From positions 14,322,001 through 14,386,000 of the forward strand of contig OZ249437.1 of NCBI GenBank assembly GCA_965235115.1: a stretch of 64,000 nucleotides of DNA, read 5' to 3'. Origin of the DNA: Laetmonice hystrix (lineage: Eukaryota). Positions 13,075 to 25,254 of the stretch are shown piece after piece (position 1 is the first letter of the stretch; every line of letters starts with the position of its first letter). Below the pieces are notes generated by a model. It was given only the letters and a program-made list of their open reading frames with translations, was not told where the DNA came from and did no database searches. The position numbers and the translations under genes were made by a program.

Positions 13075-16000
13075 ATGGCGACCGCCGAGGCAACATGTCG
13101 ACAATTCCCAGTCAGTTTTTCCTCTCAAACAACATCAAAAACGACTGAAATTTTGATAAAGGAAACCATAGACAATGCCAAAGGTGACAGAGACACCCCT
13201 CCAGGTGCGCAGCTGTCAGAGAGAGCAGCGTTTAGGGCACGGGGAGGTAGGGAAGTCACCGTCTCGCCCGTCGTTGTTGAGTTCCGTCGTCTGTTGCAGA
13301 GCAAGAATTCGGCGGAGGTCGTGCCTGGAGTACGTATTTTAAACTAGGCCTAAAGGACTTTTTTCTCCGTTACATTCGTTATATTTATTCTACGGCTCTC
13401 TATCCGACTATTTAAAAAAATAATTGTTCATTTAAAGTGTCCTTAGACTGAATCTTTTACCCCCAAAAAACCTGGGAACCCAGGCTGCCCCTGGGCTAGT
13501 CCAGGAACCTAGACCCTGTTTCTGCTAGTTTGTTGTCAACAGGGTCTAGCCTAGGAGTTAAGCTTTCAAATCCAGTGGCACCTTGCCACGCCTACCCCCG
13601 TGGCAAACTTCACCGGCTTCACTCACTCACTACGACTGACTCATTACACAAACTGACTCTACCGGTGACAGCAGACACCTTTTTCTCTCTCTTCACACCA
13701 TTATTGGGGTATGTTGATTAATAATACTGAGTTCGTGTGCGGCTGTCGTTTGCAACCCTCTCTGAAATCGTCGATGAATCTGTCGCCATCTTGATTCGAA
13801 TTTGGCTAGCGGTGACGTCATGGGCATGTTTCTGGTAAAAGTGGAATCGCAATGGGAAGTGGACAGCACCACGCTGGCTGGGAATCTCTGTGGTTCGTTC
13901 CGCCTGGCGGCCACATAACAATTCATATGTTCATGACCAATCGGTCAATCCAACATGGCTATACTTCCGTTCGACGGTTGTGTGTGCAAAAAGAACAGGC
14001 AAAACCGTGCACAAAAGTATGCTTTATAAAGACCACAACGCAACACATCACCGTGAATCATACATTAATATCTTTTGTATCTACTTGGCAAGTTTTACCA
14101 CCCAGAGTGATCCCAAAAGGAAGTTATCAGTCGCCGAACGACGCGAACCCCGGTCACTCGAACGTTCAATGTGGTTGCCACGCGCTTTTTCGATTCAACT
14201 GCCAGAGTCTGATACAGACTACATATCAGATATCAGGCTCTGGCTTGTTGGAGTACCCCTGGGCCACTGGCCTGGGCCCCACGCAGACCCCCAAAGTCCA
14301 AACCCCCAGCTTACCGCCGGTGTACATTTCATCCTGTGGAGAACACTGTATTGTTAAACCACTTAACAATTTTGCATCCTGTAGTTGTATAGAGCAGCTA
14401 CTCATGCCCAAGTGTATGTACAAGTAAATAATGAAATCTCTGTCTGTGACATGGAGATACGGCCTACAGGTTATTCTGTACCGTACCTGCCGTGGAAGTT
14501 AGAGAATTCTCGGCATGGAGCCACCAAGTGGTGTAGGTCAGAACTAACTTTGGGCTAACTTTAATCATGCGGTCAGGAAATCACTCTCTGTCTGTGTGAC
14601 CAGAAAACTTTAATTTCTTTATCAGACATGACCTCTACTTTAAATCTATACCTTTAGAATCTGTCAAATATATTTACTTGTGGACGTTTTAATGTCTTTC
14701 TTGTGATGCTGATTTATCTTTTAGATTGCAAACTGTGATCTTCTCCATGCGGTTGTTGGTTTGTATGATGTGTCACTCAGTGATATGACCCCAGAGGTTC
14801 TCTACGCCACAGTCTGCGAAAACTGGGCTCGAACAATCCTGCTGGTCAAGGACATCAAAGGTAAAACCTGAGTCTACCATGGTTTTATAAAACAGATTAC
14901 TATGCCTGGCCATAGTTAGGGGTTGTAATTATATTTCTTCCAGCAGGGAGACCACATTTGGGGTTGTGACACCAATGCTTGTCCCTTTGCAAGATTCTAT
15001 TTTTTCCACAGTACTTAGGGAAACCAAATTTTCATCTTGAGTAGTGATTTTGTGGTGATTTATTTTGCATTGTATACAGAAAGTTTAGAAGGTAGGTTTT
15101 GGCTATTTGTAAAATGGCTACCCTTGACCATTTCAACATTTTGGTGGCAAACCATACTTTGTCTACAATTTTAACTCTTCTTTTTGTTGTACTGTACTTT
15201 TGTATATGTTTGATAGAATATTGCAAAATCACAGAGCTCTAGATTTAGAAATGCAGGATGAGTCTTCTATGATGGTTGTCATGTCAGGATATTATCAGCA
15301 ATGAATAAAGATAAGATTGAATTTTCCACACAGTATACTGCATCACAGAAACTTCTGTACATGTTGACACTCACTCAAGGTACCTGTGCTCGTACCTTTT
15401 TGTTTTTTGATTAGCATAACTTTGCTCCAGTATAAAGGGACTCGAATAAGGTATCCGGTCTTCCATCCCTTCTGCTCTGGACTCAACTGAAATATTTCAG
15501 TTCCTTACAATAAATAGTTTTTATACATTACATGAGGTAGAGTGGGGAAGGTGTGGTAGACAAGGCTTGTGTAGTGCCTGTGCCTTATCTGAGCCATGAC
15601 AATATTGAATCATGTCAGGAATGTTAAGTCTTACGAGGTATAAAATAAATGACATAATTTTAGTGATAAATTATATTCATATAAAATAAAGTTTCTAATG
15701 TGCTATCACTGACCAAGAATCCTAAAAACCTTGACATAACATAATTTGAAATGATATAACATTTTTCAGACACCCTAGAAGAAACAGAACTTCGAAAAAA
15801 GGCAAAGCTAGCAAAACATGGTGAGGGCAGCAGTCAGAAGGAAGAGGTGAAGGGGTGCACTACGTCCAAGGACGAGGACACAAGTCATTCAGTGCCTAAT
15901 TCTGACGTTACGGCAGGTGAAGGGGCTCATAGTGATAAGAAGGGTGAGGACACAAGTCATTCAGAGCCTAATTCTGACATCACGGCAGGTGAAGGGGCTC

Positions 16001-19000
16001 ATAGTGATAAGAAGGGTGAGGACACAAGTCATTCAGAGCCTAATTCTGACATCACGGCAGGTGAAGGGGCTCATAGTGATAAGAAGGGCGAGGACACAAG
16101 TCATTCAGAGCCTAATTCTGACGTTACGGCAGGTGAAGGGGCTGATAGTGATAGGAAGGGCGAGGACACAAGTCATTCAGAGCCTAATTCTAACGTCACG
16201 GCAGGTGAAGGGGCTGATAGTGATAAGAAAGACGTGGATATCCTGGAACCCGAGGAGGAAAAACCAGGGAGGTTCGACGATGTTTTTAGTGACACCGACG
16301 AGGAGCTGGAGGATGGGTAGGTCAGAGGTTGATCTACATACAAGGCAACCTGTAATTAGTTGTAAAATCATTGATCATCCATCTTAATTAAAAGCTTTTG
16401 GGGTCCTGAAGATAAATTTGAAGCAGTCCACCAGCTTATTGTACCACCAGTTAAACAATATCGCAGCATCCTTTTTGTATCATAGTTTCATAATCTAGTT
16501 CTAATCTTGAAATATTTTGATGAAGAAACTGTCTTTTTACTTTCAGTGATGATGACAGTGAAGAGGATTTTTCAACAGGTATAAAAACATTTTTAGCCTC
16601 AGTTGTGGCTCGGCGAGAAGCTCGTGAGAAACACAAGGGACCCTTACAGCCAGATCACATTGGAGTTGAGAACAGGCTGGTGGCTGCCACCACATTTAAG
16701 AAAGTATATTGGTAAGTTTGGTGATAGTATTTCAATATGTGTGAAATTGTAACTGCCATTGGGATTTGCCACCAGTGCTGACTGTTCTGGGAATTTTTTT
16801 CTGGATATTGGATAGTACGTGTCAAATTTGACTGTCGTTGTAAAGGTTTACATGCTGTCAGTTTATAAAAACAAGGCCCTAACCACTGCTTCTACTCTTA
16901 TTTCAGTCCTGTAAAAATATTTATGCATTTGTTAAGACCATATGAAGTTTCGTTCCTGTGAGATCACAGTTTGTATTTCTACAGCAGTAAACCAAGTGAA
17001 AAAGTGATTCACTTAACATTACTTGCTGTGCGGTTGAGGTTTCGCAAGTGGGGCATTGGAAAATATCTACTGCAGGTAAAGTTATTTTAGATTTAAGTCA
17101 TCTTGTAGGTAAATCTCTGAGCAAAGTTTACATACAGTGATGTTTTAGTCATCACTTGTCGTTTTTCCTTGATTTGCTTATAAATTTCCCTTACAAATAA
17201 AAACCTCCTCTACAAGGCCCATAACACTCCATTAAGAGTCATCTTCTATTATGCTTTCACAACCTGGTGGAGAAAATCTTTTATCCGACAGCAAGTAAAG
17301 GATATTTTCTTTTTGTCCAACAGGAAGTGAAGGAAATTTATTTTCATGTGAAGGAAATTTTCTTTTATTCGACAGCAAGTCAAAGACCCACAAGTGGCTG
17401 GTCAGTATGATGCAGTCGTCGTACATGCCGACAATGAAGCCGTTGACTTCTTCCAGCGATATGGATTTACAGATGATACAGTGCTCAATAACAAGTGGAG
17501 GTAGGAACGTTGGCAAGGGGGAGTGGGGTCTGAACTATGCATTAATGAATGCCAAGAGGTCCAGGTAAACAAAGTCTTACGACTAACTTAGTGCATCTTT
17601 TTCAACACAGGTTTGTCGGTTTGCTTGTTTCAGTGAGCTTGCAGAACAGTTCACAAACTGCACCCTCATGTGTTATTTACCGCCGTTTACAGGTAAACTT
17701 TGTTGCCACAGAACTATGTTAGTATGTTGTAGAGTACAAGCTTCGTCAAAACTTCTCATATTCCATTTGTAATTTCCTTCTGTAAGCTGTATGTATATTC
17801 CTAAATGCATACTGGTACATACCCCGGTACCTAAAGTATTGTAATAATTTGACCTGACAAATATTTTTTAATTTAGTGTCCATTCACCGTTGAGAAAAAA
17901 AAATTGTGTCCATTTGTTTCCTAGGTCAAACTATTTTGAGTGAATCATTGCCAGAGTTAGATATCATTGCAATGGAAAGAGAGATAAAAAAGTGGTAAGT
18001 AAGACATTAATTTGTTTTAATATTATTATATAACTTAAAGGAGTGACTGGACCAGATTTTTATATCACCATTAAGGGCTTATAAAAGTCTTCAGAAACAA
18101 TTTCCAACCCCTTTACCATAATTTCTTCATTTCTCCTTGTAAATACGGAATTCTTGACATGTTATTAATTATAAAAGACTTAAAAGGTAAAAAAACATCC
18201 TTAAAAAGCAGTCTGCATATTTTCTAAACTCCAATAACGAATTATTGGTTGGGTGTGTAATCAGGCGGCTGAAAGCACAGGAGGCTTACGTATCTGAGGT
18301 GAGCTGTATGAACAGGATGCGTCATGAAATCATACATCTACGTGCCCTGGTCAGCTCACAACAGGATCTCATCACAAAGCTTGTGTCTGACAACGAGAGC
18401 CTGCGCAAGGAGAAATTTCTCATTGGTATAATTCCTCTTCACCTTTTATGCAGGAAGAATTTGGTTGGTGAATGTGGTTTGAGACAGTTTTTGAATTAGC
18501 TAAATGTTAAAGTTGATCTAAAAGCAATTTATCTGTAGCAGTTTTATTTTGTGTATGTTGAAAGCATTCCATTCTTTTGTTGGCAGAACGAGAATTCCTT
18601 GAATATCGACTTAATGCAGTAAAGTTACCTTTCAGTCAAAGTGATGAAATGGGTGAGTATAAAAATATCACATGGTGAAAGAAAGCTTATCACATGTCAT
18701 TTAAACATTAAAACTTATGCTCTGAACATCCCTACTCTGCTGTTATATGTAAACCGTTTTGTACTGTCATTTTTAGTTAAATTTCCCTCTAACAATCGTA
18801 CAGTGGTAGTCTCAGAACAGAGGTAGTGTTTGAATTTTCCTGTGGCAGTCATACAGTTGCTTTGTCAGACTAGGAGAATTCGTTCTGATTTCAGATGAGG
18901 ACGAGGAGCTGAACACAGAGCGTTTAATGAAGGACTTAGAAGAGGAGGTAGCTCGGACTGCGCGCCGTAAGGATATGTATACTAGTGCAAGGGTTGCAGG

Positions 19001-21704
19001 AGGTAGAACATGTTCTTCTCCTACTCTCACACAACTTATATTGGATAAACAACTTATAAAGTGTACATTCTGACCCTATATTTGACCTCGTGCCAAGATT
19101 CTGTGTCACACTAGCTGTGAGACTATAACTCTATACTTGTGTCCTGTACATGGGACCATCAGAGCGGAGTCGATTCCTCGTCTCCCACGGTCCGTCTAAC
19201 GAGCCCTATTGCCACGGCCGAGACACAGAGGGTTTCTACCTCATCCAGCAGGAGTTCACAGACAGCATGAAGAGAGACGTGACCATCGTCAACCAGCACC
19301 AAGTGAAGATGGTCACCAAGGTAAGGTCGCTTTAATGTAGGACTGGTGTCGAGTGTCTGAGGTGTCTGGGTTTGAGGATTCATAGAACAGGGATGATTCA
19401 CAGAATATATGTACGCCGTACAGTACGGGATCCCTTCTATAGGGGTTCAGTGGTGTGGGATCAAGGATCCAAATCCAGATTTTGAAAAAGGGGGTTCAAC
19501 CAAGTAAATTCTAGAAAAAGGGGTCAGTTGGCCAGTGTTCCTCGAGTCCAAATGATCACCTCATGCTACATGTAATCTCCACATCCACAGAAATTTTGGA
19601 AAGAAAATCAGATACAATATTTCAAAGCTTACCCTTTGGTAGATTTCGTAAGTCTTTCCTTAATCATAAGAGGGGAAGATATCATAGTACTCTATGATTG
19701 CAGTAAGTGTTACTCACCCCCAGGCGATGCTGCCCCCTAGTGTGGAGGAACAATATACCACATGTATTGGATTGCTGAAAGAGCCCTCTATGGTGACAAG
19801 GCTGTACTACTGCGGTGGGCTGGAACAACCAAACAACATTAGTAACATACTTCGGAATGGATTCACAGAAAATGGTCAGTTGTTGTCATCACCATCCTCA
19901 TCATCTACAAGAAGAAGATATTGAGTAGAGCCACAATAGAACATGGATATGTTATACTCTATAATTAATTATGAAACTTGTCTTCTCTTATTCTGAATCA
20001 GATAACATGTGAAAAGTAGTATTTTCATCTTACAGACTTTTCTTTTGGTGAATATGGTCGTGGATTATATTTTTCCAAGTTTCCATCGAAGGCAGCACAG
20101 TTTTCAGCAGTAAGTATTTATATAACACCAGGACCCGGTTTTTTTGTTTATTTTTCCACCGTGAGCAAGGGTGAGCTGAGCTGAGCAAGGGTGAGCATAA
20201 GCTCATTCTCACCGTTTTCTTATTTTTTTAGGTTACTTTTTTCCATGAGGCGTGCTCATGGTGAGCAAGCTCGCGGAAAAACACCACAAAAAACGAAAAC
20301 AGTGAGCAAAACGGTGAGCATGAGCTTCTGCTCACCCTTGCTCAGCTCAGGGCCCGGTTTTTTTGTTTATTTTTCCACCGTGAGCAAGGGTGAGCTGAGC
20401 TGAGCAAGGGTGAGCATAAGCTCATTCTCACCGTTTTCTTATTTTTTTAGGTTACTTTTTCCATGAGGCGTGCTCATGGTGAGCAAGCTCGCGGAAAAAC
20501 ACCACAAAAAACGAAAACAGTGAGCAAAACGGTGAGCATGAGCTTCTGCTCACCCTTGCTCAGCTCAGCTCACCCTTGCTCACGGTAGAAAAGTAAACAA
20601 AAAAACCGGGCCCAGCTCACCCTTGCTCACGGTAGAAAAGTAAACAAAAAAACCGGGCCCTGGTTTCCAGTACTACAACTTATATACACTAATTAAATAA
20701 CCTACTGGTATTGTAGAATTTAACGGTAATCAACACTGAGTTTTAGAAATGTAGACTTAATTCAAAGGTTTATCTGTACTACAAAGATACAAGCAAAATT
20801 AATTAATGTATGAACCCTTCAAGACATTTGAGTTCATTCCCTTAGTATGTCATTAGAAGATCATTTATCTAGGTTGCACTATACAGGGTGACATAAACCA
20901 TAAAAATCGCAAGCGATACCTAGCAAAGCAAATGATGGCCAAATATTAGGGGGTCCAGAGCCGTGTCCCCCCCCTCAGAATTTGCCCATGACCAGAGGTG
21001 GTTTACGTCTGCCAGCTCCATCTTAGACTGGCTGCAGCCATACCCTGTGGATAATAACTATGGTGTGGTTTTCTTACCTTAGTTTGGTAGGTTGATTGTT
21101 GCTGAGGTCGGCCTGGGTCAAACCCAAACGGTGATGAAAAAAGATCGGACCAGAAGCATGGCAGACAGCGGGAATGATTCCATCATTGTGAGTGTGTTCT
21201 CTTCTTTAAAAAAAAACTATACATGTAAGATATGATATGAGAATGGAACAATTTACCTGGTGTTGAGTTTAGACTCATATTGTAACTTTTAATCTCTCCA
21301 AAAATGCTGGTTAAAATCTATGGTGCCCTTTAGTGAAGAGTGAAAAAAATAATAAATGGTCGCCAGGCCTATATTTTTCCTCATTAGAACTGGTCATAGG
21401 TCGTATTTCAAAGAGGTTTTTTGTGCTTCTCAAATTGTCCAAATTGTTCTGCGAATTTGAAAGTCCATTTTGAGACAAATCAACATAAGAAATTCTGCAT
21501 ACAGGCTTTTAGAGATGCTGAGCTTATCGAGAGCACAGGACTGAGAGACTTAACGGCATACATACATTGTTACAGACCCCAGGCCGTCTCGTTAGCTCCG
21601 AGAAGGGTGACAGTGACAGTATGTTGTGTCAGGAGTACATCATCTTCAACGTTCACCAGGCTAAGCCTCTCTACCTCATCGAGTATGCCACTAAGTCTAC
21701 CTAG
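13075..21704 (+). CDS. GCN5-like N-acetyltransferase + coiled coil + PARP-type ADP-ribosyltransferase domain protein, 799 aa
   Basis: Exons 13075-13329, 14725-14860, 15770-16316, 16547-16711, 16985-17075, 17376-17500, 17634-17692, 17925-17994, 18265-18425, 18587-18652, 18895-19002, 19163-19320, 19724-19874, 20036-20109, 21083-21187, 21576-21704. Total 2400 nt, all phases compatible. GNAT motifs LLAVRLRFRKWGIGKYLL and HADNEAVDFFQRYGF. PARP motifs RLYYCGG...ILRNGF, YGRGLYFS, LIVAEVGLG, QEYIIFNVHQAKPLYLIEY. The exon 1 donor (gtacgt) is the least certain junction. Confidence 0.88.
15874..16230 (+). repeat. Coding 72-bp (24-aa) tandem repeat, 5 copies
   Basis: EDTSHSEPNSD(I/V)TAGEGA(H/D)SDKKG units start 72 nt apart (15874, 15946, ...) inside exon 3 of the GNAT-PARP gene. 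Confidence 0.95.
20132..20659. mobile_element. Harbinger-type MITE (about 262 bp) with a second copy of the same family nested inside at 20351-20612
   Basis: TIR g(g/a)cccggtttttt...aaaaaccgggcc. Inner copy flanked by cag/cag, outer copy by cag/ctg. The two bodies are near-identical. Confidence 0.8.
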
Positions 21705-21825
21705 ATCTGGGTCAAGAGGTTGGAGATCTGGGTCAAGTCTGCATAGAACTGGGTCAAGTGGACGTGGATCTGTGTCAAGTCTGCCAAGAACTGGGTCAAG
21801 ATGACATGGATCTGTGTCAGAGTGG
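21702..21825. repeat. Degenerate 21-bp tandem repeat, about 6 copies, starting at the GNAT-PARP stop codon
   Basis: tagatctgggtcaagaggttg / gagatctgggtcaagtctgca / tagaactgggtcaagtggacg ... Confidence 0.8.
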
Positions 21826-23034
21826 GGTCGTTTCGACGGTTGGACGTTCTCAAGAAGCAAAAGTTTGAGTTGCAAAGATTCAAAGAAAGGAAACCATATA
21901 GCAAATGGCAGCACACATAATTCTTGATTGATTGTTGAAACATTTATGCTATGTGAGGTATAAACTCCGTCCATGCATGCAGTCTGTGATATTATACTGG
22001 AGTACGTGATATTTTTTTTTAAACTGCTGAGACATGGAATCTTGGATTGAGACTAGTGAGAAAAGCATTACCGGTAGTTCAGCATTATTTAATTATTTTT
22101 CAATGTTATGATTACGAAGTTAAGTTATTTTGTAATTTCAAAAAATATATTTTATGACTAAAAGTCATTTTATCATTTTTAGAGTAACAATTCTTCAATA
22201 TGACGCAACTGTAAATCTGTTTGGGAGGGGGGGGGGGGGTGGCCAAGGGTTCTATAACTCCTCTGCAAAGTCACTTTTTCAGTTTCCAGTGCCATTGGGT
22301 ATAAGGTAACCCACTTGAATACATATGGACTCTGCAGCTGCAAAAGAGTTGTTCCAAGACAATAATTATTATTGGATACCGATAGATGAGAAATAGATAA
22401 TAGAACTTAATTTTCTAGAAAAGCATCGAACGCCTTGACGTATAGTGTAAACAGTGGTTCTCTGCTTGGTCTGTAATCAGATGTCATGGGCTGATTTTAC
22501 TTACTTACGGATGGCGATACTGAAAATTCTGTAGTGGTACATGATTGTAGGCCTATTACTCACAATTATTGTCAAATCTGCAGAAAACTATACCGATAGT
22601 CAAACACAATACACCTGGATAAACTATGGACCTGTCATACCCTAACTCTGTTGGACCTGAATGTTCAATGTACGTTATGATGAGAGCTACATTAAAGTTG
22701 ATGTAGTTCTGAACGGTGGAAACGTGTTGCTTTCCTCGATTCATGTAGATGACTTGTTTAGAAAAGCAGATGCGATGATGTCCCCCCCCCCCCCCCCCAA
22801 AAAAAAAAATGAGGACTGGGCATTTTGGTCACAGCATGGCAACATTTTATTAAGCTTCTGAATTAGTGACCAATTGATTAAAAGTTCGGGAAATTTTAAT
22901 TTTTAACATGTATAGGCACTAGTTTTCCTGACGAAATTTTACCCTTCACCGTGCACCCTAAAATAACATCACTGTAAACGAATCGTAAGACGAATCGTCG
23001 CTAGGTGGCGCCAGACACGGCTTGATTATTCCAG

Positions 23035-25007
23035 TAGAGGGTCTCAAGGTTGGGGTCAATATATCGTCATATCCGGCATAAACACGGGCGAAACCAAGGA
23101 CGCTTTGATCGTTGCTAAGGAGATTACTGAATGGAAAGGCATTCTTTTCGATCTGATAGTGAATGATGGGGACTGGAGCGAGCACGGTGCCTGAGACGGG
23201 CGTCAGCGTGAACCCACGCGTGGAGTACGCTGGGGAGCTGGCCAAACGGGACGGAGTGACGGTAGGCCTATATTTTGGGGGCGGATCGAGCCGTAGTTGT
23301 TGCACGGTCAGCAAGCAAGTGTGTCTGGTCCAGGCCCTGACCCACCGGGCCCAGGCTGGGTGGATGCGTGCTCAGACTGGTCGATCAAATCAATGGCACG
23401 TGGTCATGGGCAGGCATCGCGCACTCTGGTCACGTGATCATTTGGCTCAAGATTAAGCATATACGATGGCCCGCAAGGGGCATATCCCTATAGAAGGCTA
23501 GAGTAGATAGGCTATCTGTTCAGTTAGGCCTATCTATTTCCAAGATTCTTATATTAGGATTACCCGATTCTTAATTGTAAACTATGCATGTTTTGTTGTT
23601 TTATCAGCCATGTTGCAGCATTCCTTTGCGTCATACAAAGGGTAGCGAATCTAGATAGGACTGATGACATTTGAAAAAAAAACATAAAAGGTGCTTATAT
23701 ATGACGCCCCCCCCCCTTATGAGGGAGGGGAAGGGGCGTCATTCATGGTTAGGCCTATGTCGGTTTCTGATACACTGAGATCTAGGTATAGAGATGATAG
23801 AGGAGCCATACATGTCGCTCAGTTTGCCTCGGGGCCTATTATATACTGAACAGGGAGTTTGGTGAAGAAGAACCGTCCCTTTTTCCAGGACAAAAAGATC
23901 GACGCGCCCATCCTTGTGAAGATGGAACACGGCACGGTGCGCTACCGCTACCAAAACGAGGCGGCGCAGCACAAGGTGAAGGCAGGCCGAGTGGAGCGCC
24001 CTCACGAGGGACCTGAGAGAAATAGAAAACACGGATACTTTTTCCACTCTACTCTCAACGACTTCAGCGAAGGTCGGGGTTTCATGGCCGTACCGGCGTC
24101 TTTTATATAAATCTATGCATGCACACAATCCGTGGTCTCTCGATCTATTTCAAATAATTTGGGAACATTGTTTTAAAGTTCAATGTAGGCCTACACAGGG
24201 GCCTAATTATACCAAAGGGTCTTAGAAAGAAAAGCTTTAGTAGAGGGTAGGGACAGCATCCTCATTTTTAGGCTATAGCTCTGTAGCATAAACGAGTCTG
24301 TTCCAGAGATCAAGATTTATCAATTTTACGACAAGGCCCCATTATGTTGCACAGATGCTGCATATTCCAAGGAGCAGGACTGGAAGTTCCGGTACGTGTA
24401 TAAAGGCCCAAACAAGACCCGCCAAAAGAAACTTTTCTACGTGTTTGGGAAAGGGTTGAACTTGAACAAGAGTGACGAGCCAGGTATTGTGCGACCTGGG
24501 CCGGCTGAAGTGAACAGACCCACTGGGGTGGGGTACAGTTGGTCCCCACCAGTATACAAGATCCACGGTCACATATACTTCAACCTGACGTTCGTCAAGC
24601 AAGGTAAGACGTGCCAATGGTGGGGCCCTCGTGGTGCCGCCACTCTTGATGAGGTCCTCCAAATGCCAGGATGTGGCAGGGACAGATGGCGACTGCTGCG
24701 CCACCTACCCTATAGTTCTGCTATACTGTTTTTACCATAGATGTTTTACTAACCAGGCAGAGAACAAAGACTGTTTGTAAGCATTGCTATCGCAACGAAC
24801 GCAGATACTTGAACGAATTACTTCTGAGCAGACTTCGTCAAGTTTAACGAGTAGATTAGGCAAGAAATAATTAAGCAACCTTCCATAAGCCGAGGCCTAT
24901 AATTACTTGGTCGTTTTGCAGACGCTGAGCTTGTGGAGGCTGACGACGAGGAGGCAGATATTACCGATGCTGCAGACGTCAGTGGTGAACCCAGGGAAAC
25001 AGAGTAA
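23035..25007 (+). pseudogene. Unidentified compact multi-exon coding-like region with short introns; probably a disabled gene or transposon cargo
   Basis: Candidate exons about 23035-23262 (frameshift needed), 23786-24089 (in-frame TGA at 23847), 24279-24603, then 24741-24847 or 24922-25007. Phases fit at 24089/24279 and at 24603/24741 (or 24922). No family recognised. Confidence 0.45.
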
Positions 25008-25039
25008 GAATTAAGGGATCAAGTTTTTATTATACCTGG

Positions 25040-25160
25040 GTCTGAAAGTTCGAATCTCCCTCAAGCCAGATGTGGGAAAGTTTAATTGTAAGTTGCCCTA
25101 ATTGATATGACCCTGGCTGTTGCGAAGGCGTAACCTCCTAATCCAAAATCTAAACTAAAA
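25040..25160 (+). mobile_element. Fragment of a tRNA-derived SINE, same family as 50582-50783
   Basis: B-box-like gttcgaatc. 3' motif gatatgaccctggctgttgcgaaggcgtaa matches the reverse complement of about 50607-50637. Confidence 0.55.
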
Positions 25161-25254
25161 TCCGGAGAGAGAACCTCTGACGCTCACTATCACATCTGCA
25201 GGGGGAGGGTGTAAAGACTGACCTGAGGTTGACAAGTTTCGATCTAACTTTAGG

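Noticed and set aside
13718-14427. Protein-like ORFs and a minus-strand caagATGGCG start in intron 1 of the GNAT-PARP gene
   Set aside because: The candidate exon phases do not fit the host model, the minus ORF ends after 23 codons from that ATG, and no motif is recognised.
21570-21974. Minus-strand ORF with LDPDLGR heptads
   Set aside because: Explained by the 21-bp repeat plus antisense overlap with the last PARP exon.
22958-23314. Minus-strand 118-aa ORF as a possible viral capsid fragment
   Set aside because: No diagnostic motif, and the + strand of the same interval reads at least as protein-like.
23847-23849. In-frame TGA as selenocysteine
   Set aside because: No SECIS identified, and other lesions nearby favour pseudogenisation.
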